Program-made: the position numbers and the translations under genes
From: a virus
Lineage: Duplodnaviria; Caudoviricetes
IMG/VR virus record: IMGVR_UViG_3300044676_006333
Location: 1-27,888 of that record
Direction: 5' to 3' (one strand)
Length of the DNA stretch: 27,888 bases
Notes under the pieces: generated by a model
Database searches by the model: none
What the model saw: the letters and a program-made list of their open reading frames with translations, nothing else
What the model was told of the DNA's origin: nothing
Shown: piece by piece, positions 1-9,247 of the stretch
Layout of the letters: each line of letters starts with the position of its first letter
How positions within the stretch are numbered: the stretch's first letter is position 1

Positions 1-487
1 GGTTTGAACCACGGTCATTGTCGATAGACGAGTCTGAGTTAGAGTCTGTCAAACCACCAAGGCCAGATGGATCTGAGCTTTGTGTATCTGAAGAGTCGCC
101 AGCAAATGTAGTATCTGCTTCGTTGAATAGCGCTTCAGCTGCGCCAGTTGTACCTGATGTGTAGCGTGATTTCATTGCGAAAATCAAGCCTGTTGGACCA
201 GCCATTGGCTGAACGCCACATACGTCATATGCCATCATGTTTGGCATTGCGCGGCGGACCAATGAGATAAGGACTGGGTCCCAATTTGCTACAGAAGAGT
301 TACCTACAGATGTTGCAGGTGCTTCTGACAAAAAGTTTTGTTGTGCACGTTCTTCACGAAGTGCTTTTTCTGTGTTCTCCAGAACGACAGCGGTAACTGC
401 ACGCTTATGCGTGTCAGCGATTTCACCAGCTGCTGATTCGTTCAAAACTGGAGACCATTTCTCTACGAGACGATCATAAGTTTCCAT
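1..487 (-). CDS. g23: Major capsid protein gp23 (N-terminal part; truncated by window edge; missing from ORF track)
   Basis: Manual translation from ATG at 487: METYDRLVEKWSPVLNESAAGEIADTHKRAVTAVVLENTEKALREE...NWDPVLISLVRRAMPNMMAYDVCGVQPMAGPTGLIFAMKSRY, the hallmark T4 gp23 motifs. AGGAG RBS upstream; follows g22. Confidence 0.98.
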   Translation of the reverse strand, partial: METYDRLVEKWSPVLNESAAGEIADTHKRAVTAVVLENTEKALREERAQQNFLSEAPATSVGNSSVANWDPVLISLVRRAMPNMMAYDVCGVQPMAGPTGLIFAMKSRYTSGTTGAAEALFNEADTTFAGDSSDTQSSDPSGLGGLTDSNSDSSIDNDRGSN

Positions 488-502
488 AATAGGATCTCCT
501 AA

Positions 503-1444
503 TTACTTTATTGATTTACGGATTGCTTGGATATACTGAGCCATCGCATCAGAAACATCTTCTTGAAGAGATTCTTCTTCTGTTTCTTCGTCGATTACTG
601 ACTCAGCTGTTTGTTTTTTGAAATATGATTCTTTGACAGTTGCTACTTTTGATTCAAAAGTTTCTGCATCTACAAAGTCCATATCTTCTACTAATGACTT
701 AAGCTTTGCAACTTGAGTTTCTGCTAAATCTTTAGAAGCTTCGCGAATAATCGCTTCACGCTTATATGTTTCTAGCTCTTCTGCAAGTTCCATAGTTTTT
801 GCTACTGCTTCATTGAATTGCTCTTCAAGCTCTTCGTTGTCTGCAGATAGTTCGTCAATTAGGTCAACTTTGGAATCTGGAACTTCAACATAAGATTCTA
901 CAAATAGGTCTTTCAACTTATCCATAAAGCCTTCTGCGATTTCTGTGCGTAAGCCAGATTGAATCGCAAGTTTATTTTCTTCCATCCAGTTCTCAACAAC
1001 ATAGTTGAGGTAGCTATCAACTTTCTCTACAAGGTCGCCCTTGATTGAAGCAACTTCTTCGTCTAGTTGAGTGCTATACTCAGATTCTAGGCGATTAATT
1101 TCTTCAGAAAGTTTTGATTTTACTGCTGCTTCAAAAATTACAGCTGTTTTGGCTTTAAACTCTTCAGAAAGAGTTGCCTCAGATTCCACCAAAGCATTTA
1201 AGTCTTCACTAAAGTCTCTATTAAATTCAATAGACTCGGCTTGTGGTGCAGCTGGTTTTGTTGCTGCAGGAATTACTGCTTTTTCGCCGCCATCTTTATC
1301 ACCCTTACGCTTTTTAGCTTTAGGGCCTTTTTCTTCGGCAGCATCTACAGAGGCGACAGATTGTGCTTCTGCATTTTTTGGATCATGAGCTTCTTCGATT
1401 TCCTCGTCGAGCTCTACATCCTGGTCTTGTACTTGATCAGTCAT
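503..1444 (-). CDS. g22: Prohead core scaffolding protein gp22
   Basis: Very acidic and coiled-coil; motifs LSEEFKAKTAVIFEAAV, VDSYLNYVVENWMEENKLAI, GLRTEIAEGF; lies between g21 and g23. Start moved from the GTG at 1453 to the ATG at 1444 because AGGAG sits 8 nt before that ATG. Confidence 0.93.
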   Translation of the reverse strand: MTDQVQDQDVELDEEIEEAHDPKNAEAQSVASVDAAEEKGPKAKKRKGDKDGGEKAVIPAATKPAAPQAESIEFNRDFSEDLNALVESEATLSEEFKAKTAVIFEAAVKSKLSEEINRLESEYSTQLDEEVASIKGDLVEKVDSYLNYVVENWMEENKLAIQSGLRTEIAEGFMDKLKDLFVESYVEVPDSKVDLIDELSADNEELEEQFNEAVAKTMELAEELETYKREAIIREASKDLAETQVAKLKSLVEDMDFVDAETFESKVATVKESYFKKQTAESVIDEETEEESLQEDVSDAMAQYIQAIRKSIK

Positions 1445-1459
1445 GTTTGACACTCCTAA

Positions 1460-2116
1460 TTATGATCTTTTCAACAACGAGAGGAAATTCTTAAACTCAC
1501 GTGTCTGAACTTCGTAAAGATCAGAACGTGGAGCTGCTTTAATTTCAGTCTCCATTTTATCAATTACTTGAGCTTCAATGATTCCATTATTCCAAACCCA
1601 TTCGACACCTTCCATTATTCCATTAACAAAAGCTGTTGGTGCAGATGGATCTTGTACAATATCAACTGTATTAAGAATAAAGTCATCCTTGACGTACATA
1701 GTTCCGTTACGTTGCTCAAGGCTACCCATACCACGAGTTGAGACACCAAGTTGAACACCACCTTCAAGCAAACCTTTTACAATGTTTCCCATTGGAGTAT
1801 CCAATATTTGTGCCTTACCCACAACATCATTACCATTCCATTCTAGTTTGGTAATGAGGTGGGATACTTTATCTAAGTTTACTGTTGGTCCATCTGGATG
1901 GTTTAACTCACCAACTGCGCGCTTAGTATTAATTTGTTCTGTAACGTATTTTCCTACGGCTTTCTCCATGATTGCCTTAGGGTAAATACGTCCATTTCGG
2001 TTTTTCTGTTCTGACTGCATAAAAATGCCTTCAATAAAGTGATTCTTGCCGCCACCTTCTTTGGCTTCAACAATACACTCTAAACTTTGGTCATTATATT
2101 CTGCAATCAGCTTCAT
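1460..2116 (-). CDS. g21: Prohead core protease gp21
   Basis: Motifs IEGIFMQSEQKNRNGRIYP, GELNHP, VSHLI, GVSTRGMGSL and DIVQDPSAPTAFV match T4 gp21. Confidence 0.97.
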   Translation of the reverse strand: MKLIAEYNDQSLECIVEAKEGGGKNHFIEGIFMQSEQKNRNGRIYPKAIMEKAVGKYVTEQINTKRAVGELNHPDGPTVNLDKVSHLITKLEWNGNDVVGKAQILDTPMGNIVKGLLEGGVQLGVSTRGMGSLEQRNGTMYVKDDFILNTVDIVQDPSAPTAFVNGIMEGVEWVWNNGIIEAQVIDKMETEIKAAPRSDLYEVQTREFKNFLSLLKRS

Positions 2117-2120
2117 GTTT

Positions 2121-2306
2121 TTAACCTTTATATTGTTTGACGAATTCTTTCGCCATTTTTATAGCTTCAGCTTCTGACTTATATTTATCTAGCCTATCGC
2201 CATCAATAAAAACATCGTATACGTTTTTGTTCTTTTTGATTTCAACCGGTATCCGACCGATTTTCATCTTCTTAGAACTTTCACGTATTTGATTAAATGT
2301 TTTCAT
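2121..2306 (-). CDS. Small basic protein at the g68 position (possible prohead core protein)
   Basis: 61 aa, Lys-rich, begins MKTFNQIRE; lies between the g67-like gene and g21, downstream of a late promoter box. Assigned by synteny only. Confidence 0.6.
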   Translation of the reverse strand: MKTFNQIRESSKKMKIGRIPVEIKKNKNVYDVFIDGDRLDKYKSEAEAIKMAKEFVKQYKG

Positions 2307-2328
2307 TTTATATACTTTCGTTTGAATT

Positions 2329-2336
2329 TATTTATA
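2329..2336 (-). promoter_or_regulatory. T4-type late promoter (TATAAATA)
   Basis: Exact TATAAATA on the minus strand, intergenic, upstream of the head assembly genes. Confidence 0.8.
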
Positions 2337-2360
2337 ACATTTCAAATTTGTAAAATAAAT

Positions 2361-2693
2361 TTATTCTTTATATCCTAAACGTATCATCTCGGCTTGAATC
2401 TTACCTTCTTGATTCATATCCTGAATTTTTTGAAAATCTTCTTCAACTTCAACTTCAGTTTCTTCTTCATCAGATTCAAAATCTTCATCTTCTTCATCAG
2501 ATTCAAAATCTTCATCTTCTAAGTCAAGTTCAAGTTGTTCTTCTTCGCCATTAAAAACTTGCCCAGCTACTTCAATTTTCGCTTGATCTAAAGCGTCAGT
2601 CATTCTTTGGCCAATTAATTCTTGGAATACATCATTTGCAGCATTAAAGTCTTGGTTTGCTGCGTGCCCAATCATTGTTTCAATATCACTCAT
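2361..2693 (-). CDS. Acidic prohead core protein, gp67-like
   Basis: 110 aa, extremely D/E-rich, with an N-terminal helix (ANDVFQELIGQRMTDALDQAKIEVA); immediately downstream of g20, as T4 g67 is. Confidence 0.7.
   Translation of the reverse strand: MSDIETMIGHAANQDFNAANDVFQELIGQRMTDALDQAKIEVAGQVFNGEEEQLELDLEDEDFESDEEDEDFESDEEETEVEVEEDFQKIQDMNQEGKIQAEMIRLGYKE
2461..2520. repeat. 27-bp in-frame tandem duplication (about 2.2 copies)
   Basis: tcttcttcatcagattcaaaatcttca at 2461-2487 and 2488-2514, plus a partial copy; encodes the duplicated EDFESDEE peptide. Confidence 0.92.
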
Positions 2694-4224
2694 TTTTATC
2701 TCCTTGAGGTGCTGGATTTATATGGTCATCATCGTGACCAATTTCTCCAGATTTTAATTCATCATCAATCTGATTACGCATTTGTTTAATATCGTCGTCA
2801 TCAAAATGAAGTACATTCTTCATAACCCATTCTTTTGAATAGAACTCACCAACATACTGTTGCATAATATCTAACGTTTGTAAACGTTCTCTTAAAATTT
2901 CGGCATCTTTTAATTCTGAAAAATGATTATCTCTAATATAATCAACAAGAATATCGTTTGACCATTCATTCCAATCATCTTCAGTAATAATACCTTTTAA
3001 AATTAATTGTTTTTTAAGAATATTATAAAAGAAATGGTTGAATCTAGATCTAAGCCTGTCAATAAACTTTTGAAATTTAAGTTCATCCCGATTAATTTCT
3101 GTAGATCTGCCAAGAGAAAATTGAGATTCTTGTTCTAATCTATTAATTGGAACGTTTAAAGATCTATATAGGCGTTTTTGAAAGTAAATAATATCGTCAA
3201 TTTGGCCAAGGTTTTCACCTCCTGGCAGTGTTGAAATCTCGGTGCCTCGGCCGCCTTCTCTACGAGGAAGCCAAAAATCTTCAAGCATTGACATATGTTT
3301 ACGGTCATCTTTAATTGCGCCTGTTGATGCGTCATAAACTAATTTATTACGGTACTTAGCCATAATGTTTTTCATATATTCTTCAGACTTACCCTTTGGC
3401 AAATTACCAACATCAATATAGAATATACGGCGCTCAGGAGCTCTAGCTAATCTATAAATGACTAGCGAGTCTTCCATCATACGTAATTGATTAATTGGTT
3501 TTAATGATTTATGTAAGTGTGAAACAACTCTTTTTCTGCGCTCATCTAATAAGCCAGAGGTAACATATGAAACGGAATCTGTTGTAAGTTTTACGCCTTG
3601 TGCCTGAGCACCAGGTTTTTCTTGGTAAATAAAGAACTCATCAACATTTTTAATAACTGAAACGCCTGATACTGGATCTTTTTCTCTTCTTACTTGTTTT
3701 ACTTTACGAATCTTAGAAGCATCAATTGGTCTTATTTCTTGAATACCAGCTTTTGCATTTTTATCATCAATAACCAAATGGTGATACATTCTACCATCAA
3801 CATACCAACGCTTAAACATGTCGTGCCCATGTTCGCCAAATTGAATCATTCTATAAACGTTATCGAATTCTTCTATAATTTGTTTTTTAATATTATCAGG
3901 TGCTTTTACTTTATCTAAAACTAAAGAAACGTTTTGCTCTTCATTTGAAGAAGTAATAGATTCGTTGATAATATCTTCTACCGCTGCGTCTACCTCAGGG
4001 TGAGTAGCTACAGCTCTATATTGTAATATAAGTTGCTGGTCATCTTTAGTTTTATCGTTACCTTCAATATCGACGTACGTACCAAAATGTGCTCCAGCCG
4101 CAGTAATATAGCCAGCGCCGTCATCGTCCAATGGAGGAACGATTGAAGGTAACATATCTTTGTTAACCTTTTTACCGGCTCTTTTAATCTCAAAACCAAA
4201 TAATGTTAAACTATTGTCTGCCAT
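2686..4224 (-). CDS. g20: Portal vertex protein gp20
   Basis: Motifs WYVDGR, KPINQLRMMEDSLVIYRLARAPERRIFYIDVGNLPK, EDFWLPRREGGRGTEISTLPGG and RDELKFQKFI. Confidence 0.99.
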   Translation of the reverse strand: MADNSLTLFGFEIKRAGKKVNKDMLPSIVPPLDDDGAGYITAAGAHFGTYVDIEGNDKTKDDQQLILQYRAVATHPEVDAAVEDIINESITSSNEEQNVSLVLDKVKAPDNIKKQIIEEFDNVYRMIQFGEHGHDMFKRWYVDGRMYHHLVIDDKNAKAGIQEIRPIDASKIRKVKQVRREKDPVSGVSVIKNVDEFFIYQEKPGAQAQGVKLTTDSVSYVTSGLLDERRKRVVSHLHKSLKPINQLRMMEDSLVIYRLARAPERRIFYIDVGNLPKGKSEEYMKNIMAKYRNKLVYDASTGAIKDDRKHMSMLEDFWLPRREGGRGTEISTLPGGENLGQIDDIIYFQKRLYRSLNVPINRLEQESQFSLGRSTEINRDELKFQKFIDRLRSRFNHFFYNILKKQLILKGIITEDDWNEWSNDILVDYIRDNHFSELKDAEILRERLQTLDIMQQYVGEFYSKEWVMKNVLHFDDDDIKQMRNQIDDELKSGEIGHDDDHINPAPQGDKNE

Positions 4225-4235
4225 TTTGAATTCCT

Positions 4236-4268
4236 AAAATAAAGATGTAGGGCCTGTGAAGGCCCTAC
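4236..4268 (-). terminator. Stem-loop with U-rich tail between g19 and g20 (intrinsic terminator-like)
   Basis: Minus strand reads GTAGGGCCT-TCAC-AGGCCCTAC followed by ATCTTTATTTT; perfect 9-bp stem at 4247-4255/4260-4268. Confidence 0.7.
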
Positions 4269-4276
4269 GATATTTT

Positions 4277-4284
4277 TATTTATA
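4277..4284 (-). promoter_or_regulatory. T4-type late promoter (TATAAATA)
   Basis: Exact TATAAATA just after the g19 stop, upstream of g20. Confidence 0.75.
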
Positions 4285-4287
4285 CTA

Positions 4288-4815
4288 CTATGAAGTAGTT
4301 GCTGCTTCCCAGTATTGTACTTGGAATTCAACAGTAAATCTTTCAATTTCATTTTCTGAAGCATAGCTTAGATCAATTGGTGAAATAGCTGTTGGGAAAG
4401 CGCCACGGAAATTGTATGTTTTTAGTGTGCTTCCATCTTTGTCAATTTGCTCAACAAACAGATCAGCTTCATAATCAGTGGGGTTTGTTAGACCGGTATT
4501 TGCAGAGTGTGCATTCATACCATTCATCCAACGCTCCATTGCGTTACGAACATTAAAATCTGTATCGTTAATAATTGTTGGAGTCCATACATCAAATGTA
4601 CGATCTCCAGCCATTTTTAATTGACGCCCCCGGAAAGGAACAATAATTGTTCCCATTGTTGATCCTGGTAACTGAGCTGCTTCACATAAGAATGAAGTAA
4701 GCTCTATATCGCCACCAGCATATCCTGGAAATGTAATTGTAGATTTAAAGAGATTAGGGCGTGCGCCTCCACCTCTTAGTTTTGCTTTAAAATCATCAAC
4801 ACCTAGTACTGCCAT
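4288..4815 (-). CDS. g19: Tail tube protein gp19
   Basis: Motifs GGARPNLF, FLCEAAQLPGS, VPFRGRQLKMAGDRTFDVWT and IERFTVEFQVQYW; lies between g18 and g20. Confidence 0.96.
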   Translation of the reverse strand: MAVLGVDDFKAKLRGGGARPNLFKSTITFPGYAGGDIELTSFLCEAAQLPGSTMGTIIVPFRGRQLKMAGDRTFDVWTPTIINDTDFNVRNAMERWMNGMNAHSANTGLTNPTDYEADLFVEQIDKDGSTLKTYNFRGAFPTAISPIDLSYASENEIERFTVEFQVQYWEAATTS

Positions 4816-4826
4816 TTTTTATCTCC

Positions 4827-6446
4827 TTATACCTGTAGTCCAGCGACTTCTTCAAAGTCCACACCGGTTCTAACAGCTACAAAGTTAAGAGTAATGTAGT
4901 TAATAGAACGTGCAGGTTTAATGAAAATGTTTGCAATAAATTCATTTCTATCGATTACAGCTGCTGTGTTATTTGTTTCGTCACATACGACACGGAAGTC
5001 TGTAATACCTCTCCGTCCTTTTACTTCTCTTAAAAATGGCTCAACGATACTTACAAATTCTGCTCTTGTAAATTCATCGTTAAATTCGAACATTGTGTTT
5101 CTCGCAGCCAAAGCAATTGATCTTTCCAAAACTAAAAACAGGCGACGTACGTTAATACGATCAAATGCTGATGGTCTATTCATGTGAGTTTTATCACCAA
5201 ATAGAAGCACACCTTGTCCTGGCATATTTGCAATTGGATTAATACCTGCTTTATACAGCGTATCTCTTTGAGCTTTTGTTGGTGTGTATGCTAGGTTAGT
5301 TACGCCTAGATAGTTACCACGTCTTGGGCCAGCTGGTGAGAACCAAGGTGCTGCGTTTGCATCTGATGCCGCCATAATACCGGCTGTAGATGATGATGCA
5401 GGAATATGAATGTATTTGTCGTTATATTTATCATACACCTTTAACCAGTTATTATCAACAACTAAGTATGAACTGTATGTATAATCATCAACATCTGCTA
5501 CAGTAGCAGTAACAGGATCTGATGCATTTACAACAGAAGCGCTAGCTGGAGATGTTACTACAACACAATCTTTACGTGTTGAGCTAGCAGTTGCAACTAA
5601 ATCATCAACAACTGTTTCTTGAGCAGACGCAGTGGTCATACCTGGTGCAATTAAGAAATCTACTTCAATTGTATCTTTATCTTCAACTTGATTATAAGCA
5701 GTTGTATAATCGCCTGTTGAAATCGTGCCGTCGTGGCCAAATGCAAGCGAAGCAGAATCTTTTGCGTCTGCAAAGGAAGCACCATTATACCAAAGCCAGT
5801 TTGATCTAGCATTAATAACGTCTTTTGCATAGTTTGTTGAACCATCAGCGTTTGTTGCTGAAGCTGAAGTTGATAAGAATGAATATCTTTCTAGTACACT
5901 ATTTGAAGTACCTGTAATTACGCCATCCTCATCAAGCACGAGAACGTGAACTTCACCTGCATCTGGTTGTCCATCAAATTGCGCTTTAAATGATGCTGCA
6001 TCTGTAGCCCAAGATCCATTATTAAGAACAGCGTATTTTAAGCTGTTTCCTAGTGTTCCTGGATATTTTGCTGTCCAATCAGCAAGTCCAGTAAGTGTAT
6101 CTCTATGGTCAGCATTCTTAATAAGATCTGCTGAATCTTGGCCTGCGAGGCCTGCGGCAGCGTTTGCAGCGCTGTCTCCATCTATTGCACGAACGACTTG
6201 AAGTGCATTAGAATATTTTAAAAAATATGCAGCTGTATGGAAGTCAACTGCGCGGTTGTCGTCTGGTGCGCCAAAAGTTGTAGCTAGTTCAGTTTCTGTA
6301 CTGATCTTAGTAGCTACTTCCGCCGGGCCCCAACGAAATTCACCAGCATATGCGCCAGTAGTAGATTGAACGTTAGGCACACCGCCTGTTAGATCTACTT
6401 CTTTGACGATAATAGCTGGAGATTCGGAAGGTACGCCTATTGCCAT
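4827..6446 (-). CDS. g18: Tail sheath protein gp18
   Basis: Motifs SPAIIVKEVDLT, GEFRWGP, AKYPGTLGN, PWFSPAG, LFGDKT, SAFDRINVRRLF, FEFNDEFTR and IKPARSINYITLNFVA. Start set at the ATG at 6446 (MAIG) after an AAGGA RBS; the ORF track gives 6473. Confidence 0.98.
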   Translation of the reverse strand: MAIGVPSESPAIIVKEVDLTGGVPNVQSTTGAYAGEFRWGPAEVATKISTETELATTFGAPDDNRAVDFHTAAYFLKYSNALQVVRAIDGDSAANAAAGLAGQDSADLIKNADHRDTLTGLADWTAKYPGTLGNSLKYAVLNNGSWATDAASFKAQFDGQPDAGEVHVLVLDEDGVITGTSNSVLERYSFLSTSASATNADGSTNYAKDVINARSNWLWYNGASFADAKDSASLAFGHDGTISTGDYTTAYNQVEDKDTIEVDFLIAPGMTTASAQETVVDDLVATASSTRKDCVVVTSPASASVVNASDPVTATVADVDDYTYSSYLVVDNNWLKVYDKYNDKYIHIPASSSTAGIMAASDANAAPWFSPAGPRRGNYLGVTNLAYTPTKAQRDTLYKAGINPIANMPGQGVLLFGDKTHMNRPSAFDRINVRRLFLVLERSIALAARNTMFEFNDEFTRAEFVSIVEPFLREVKGRRGITDFRVVCDETNNTAAVIDRNEFIANIFIKPARSINYITLNFVAVRTGVDFEEVAGLQV

Positions 6447-6509
6447 CTTTGTTTTCCTTTTCCAGTGAAACAATTATAAGTAATCATGATACGAATATTC
6501 AATTACTAG

Positions 6510-6517
6510 TATTTATA
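6510..6517 (-). promoter_or_regulatory. T4-type late promoter (TATAAATA)
   Basis: Exact TATAAATA in the g17-g18 intergenic region. Confidence 0.8.
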
Positions 6518-6521
6518 ATTT

Positions 6522-8129
6522 TTAAAAATTGGTGTGACTAGGGTCATATTTAACTTCCATGTCACCATCTAAAGACCAAGAATTTTCTGGAATGTCTTCA
6601 GTTTCTTCTACCCCGTCATCAATAAACCCAAATGGCACGACATCGGCTTCAATTTCTTCCATTCTCTGTTTAAACATCATTTCTTTTAAATTAATATCAG
6701 TAAGATTTCTAAAATAATCTCCTGTTGCAAAATAACCAAACATAACTAAATTCATCATTAAGTCATCGTGGTTGCCATCTGAAGCTTCGTATGATTGACC
6801 TTTTGCCACAAATGTAGATATTTCTAATATAGTATTTTCATCATATATTTCTAATTTATTTTCTTCTAATATATCTTTTATAGCAGAACAACCAAGTCGC
6901 TTGACTTTACGAGTCATTTCAACCCCAAGCGCATTTGCTTTAATAGCTGACTCAATAAACAGATTTTCATATTCTAGTTCATGATATAACCCATTGCATA
7001 CAACCATGCCTTGGTCATTAGATTCTACTACAACCATTGCTTCATTGTATAGTTTTGCATATTTATAAATAATATTTGGGAAGAGTAATGGAGAGATAGT
7101 GTTATTGCGATATACAGCAACCTGTTCAAACGGGCGCGCGCTAATATCGATCAAATTAAAAGTTGAATAATCCTGTCCTCTTCCCCTCGAAACATCGACT
7201 GTCATAACGTAGTCATGTTCTTTTTTAGGTTCTTCATAAATATATAATGAATTAGATTCTAACAATGCTTTAGATGGTTTAGCTCTAAATTCTAATAGTT
7301 TATTTCCAGATATTAATGTATCACCCGTGCCAAAAAATGTATTACCAAACTCTTGGTCAAATTGCATCTGAGATGTATTAGCAATGGTTTGTTTTTTCCA
7401 TTCTATATCTCTTCCAGGAACATCCCACCAATCTACTTTAAATGGCGTAAATTCATTTGTTTTTTGGACAGCGCCTTCCCATATCTTTTGAAATGTATTA
7501 CCAATACCATTTGCTGTTGATGTAATAATAATTTTAGTATTTTTACCAGATGATACAACTGGATATGTAGATGTGTAAAATTCTGCTGCTCTTTCAACGA
7601 AAGCAAATTCGTCAAGGTATAGAAGGTTAACAGACATACCACGAATAGAACTACCAGATGTTGCCGCAGCAATAATACGAGAGTTATTACTAAATTCTAT
7701 AGAACCTTTATTAAGTGCTTTACATCCTGGCTGTAAAAAGAACGGTAAATTTTCAAGTGTCATAGTTACTCGAGATAACATTTCACGAGCAGTTGCCCCT
7801 TTATTCGCAAGGATAGCAATTGTTTTTTCTGGATTAAAAATAGCAAACCATAGCAAATACACAACTGAAGAAATTGATTTACCAGACTGTCGGCATGCTA
7901 GTACAATATTAAATCTGTTATTATTAAAATGGCTAAACATTTTTTCTTGATATGGATAAAGCTCAAATGGAACTAATCCTAAATCAAGAGAAATAATTTT
8001 ACAATATTTTGATGCAAAATATGCAGGATTGTTCATGCACTTAGCGTATTCTTGCACTTCATGTTCAGTCCAATTTTGAACAATCCCATCGCGCTTTACA
8101 TTAGGATTGCCAAGATAAGTGTCATTCAT
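6522..8129 (-). CDS. g17: Terminase large subunit gp17
   Basis: YLGNPNVK N-terminus, Walker A CRQSGKS, Walker B LLYLDEFAF, IITSTANG, and nuclease residues in VDVSRG and HDDLMM. Confidence 0.99.
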   Translation of the reverse strand: MNDTYLGNPNVKRDGIVQNWTEHEVQEYAKCMNNPAYFASKYCKIISLDLGLVPFELYPYQEKMFSHFNNNRFNIVLACRQSGKSISSVVYLLWFAIFNPEKTIAILANKGATAREMLSRVTMTLENLPFFLQPGCKALNKGSIEFSNNSRIIAAATSGSSIRGMSVNLLYLDEFAFVERAAEFYTSTYPVVSSGKNTKIIITSTANGIGNTFQKIWEGAVQKTNEFTPFKVDWWDVPGRDIEWKKQTIANTSQMQFDQEFGNTFFGTGDTLISGNKLLEFRAKPSKALLESNSLYIYEEPKKEHDYVMTVDVSRGRGQDYSTFNLIDISARPFEQVAVYRNNTISPLLFPNIIYKYAKLYNEAMVVVESNDQGMVVCNGLYHELEYENLFIESAIKANALGVEMTRKVKRLGCSAIKDILEENKLEIYDENTILEISTFVAKGQSYEASDGNHDDLMMNLVMFGYFATGDYFRNLTDINLKEMMFKQRMEEIEADVVPFGFIDDGVEETEDIPENSWSLDGDMEVKYDPSHTNF

Positions 8130-8457
8130 GATCTATAATTTTTTCTTCTTGTTTTAGCATTCTTTGTAAATCTGTTGTAGATCCAATGAATACATTATTT
8201 GTGGTTTGGCCTTTAGGCAACTCCGTCAATTCATCCTTTTTATCAAAGTCTTTTTTCTTTTTATGAAGATCTAATAAATTTCCATTAATATCAGCCACAT
8301 GTTTCATCATATTAGAAAATACTTCAAACGCTCTAGGATGTTCTGTTGCTCTAGCAACTTCTATCATCTCATCAAGCGCATCAGTGCCTTTTGCTAGTAA
8401 GTCATGGTAATTTCTTCTAGCATATTCAAAATCATTATCGGGTGTATCAGAATCCAT
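8122..8457 (-). CDS. g16: Terminase small subunit gp16
   Basis: Motifs DFEYARRN, EHPRAFEV and NNVFIGSTTDLQRML; overlaps the g17 start. Confidence 0.95.
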   Translation of the reverse strand: MDSDTPDNDFEYARRNYHDLLAKGTDALDEMIEVARATEHPRAFEVFSNMMKHVADINGNLLDLHKKKKDFDKKDELTELPKGQTTNNVFIGSTTDLQRMLKQEEKIIDHE

Positions 8458-9245
8458 TAAGCACTATCACCATAATAAGTTATTGTTTCAGTAAATCCAA
8501 AGTCGCTATCTGCCAAACCAATCGTATCGATTGGATTTGGGGTAACAGATATTTTTTCTAAAGCAACATCTGAATCATTAAGCCCATTGTCAATTTGATA
8601 AAGATTAGTATCCGCTTGGCGAATAATAGTTTTAGAAGAAATAGGCCCATAAAAATTGACTTTCATATCAAAGTCTAAAGTATATATTATTGTGCGCCTT
8701 TGCTCTTGAGTTCCTTCATAATCATCAGTAAATGAAATCCCAGATAAAGAAATTGGAATATCTTCTTTTATATTTGAATAATCATCAAATGGCTTAATCG
8801 TCAAAGTATATTGAGGCGTAAAATAAGGAAATATTTGTTCTACAATTTGTAAAGCATCATCTTGGTTTTTTGCATAAACACTTAATTGAAAGCTAATAAT
8901 ATATGGAACATAAGAGTTAAATTTATTTCTTTTATTAACATTTGACCCAGCTTGGGAAAAGGTGTTATTCTTTTGAAGTTGCCTTGTTAAATCATATGCA
9001 ATAGCCGTGATTTCAAAAGACATTCTTGGTAGTTTAATTGATACTTTTGAGTCATCAACTAAATCTGGTTGCTGATTAATTCTTTCGAGAAATTTTTGTT
9101 TTGGCCCATATGCTAATGGAACTTTCATTTGATTGATTACAGATCCCGAAGAATTTTTACGAATGACATAAAGATTATTAAATAGCGCGCCAAAAATAGC
9201 TACGCTTTTTCTAATTTTTTCGTGATAAAAGTGACCGCCGAACAT
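8457..9245 (-). CDS. g15: Tail sheath stabiliser / tail terminator gp15
   Basis: Motifs HFYHEKIRK, KVPLAYGPKQKFL, LPRMSFEI, DALQIVEQIFPYFTP and RRTIIYTLDF. Confidence 0.96.
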   Translation of the reverse strand: MFGGHFYHEKIRKSVAIFGALFNNLYVIRKNSSGSVINQMKVPLAYGPKQKFLERINQQPDLVDDSKVSIKLPRMSFEITAIAYDLTRQLQKNNTFSQAGSNVNKRNKFNSYVPYIISFQLSVYAKNQDDALQIVEQIFPYFTPQYTLTIKPFDDYSNIKEDIPISLSGISFTDDYEGTQEQRRTIIYTLDFDMKVNFYGPISSKTIIRQADTNLYQIDNGLNDSDVALEKISVTPNPIDTIGLADSDFGFTETITYYGDSA

Positions 9246-9247
9246 AT

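Noticed and set aside
237-479. 80-aa plus-strand ORF
   Set aside because: It is antisense to the unambiguous g23 reading frame.
7060-7067. TATAAATA inside g17
   Set aside because: It is intragenic, g18 already has its own intergenic box, and a few chance matches are expected in AT-rich DNA.
2686-8129. Introns, inteins or homing endonucleases in g17, g18 or g20
   Set aside because: The ORFs are continuous, have no excess length and show no such motifs.
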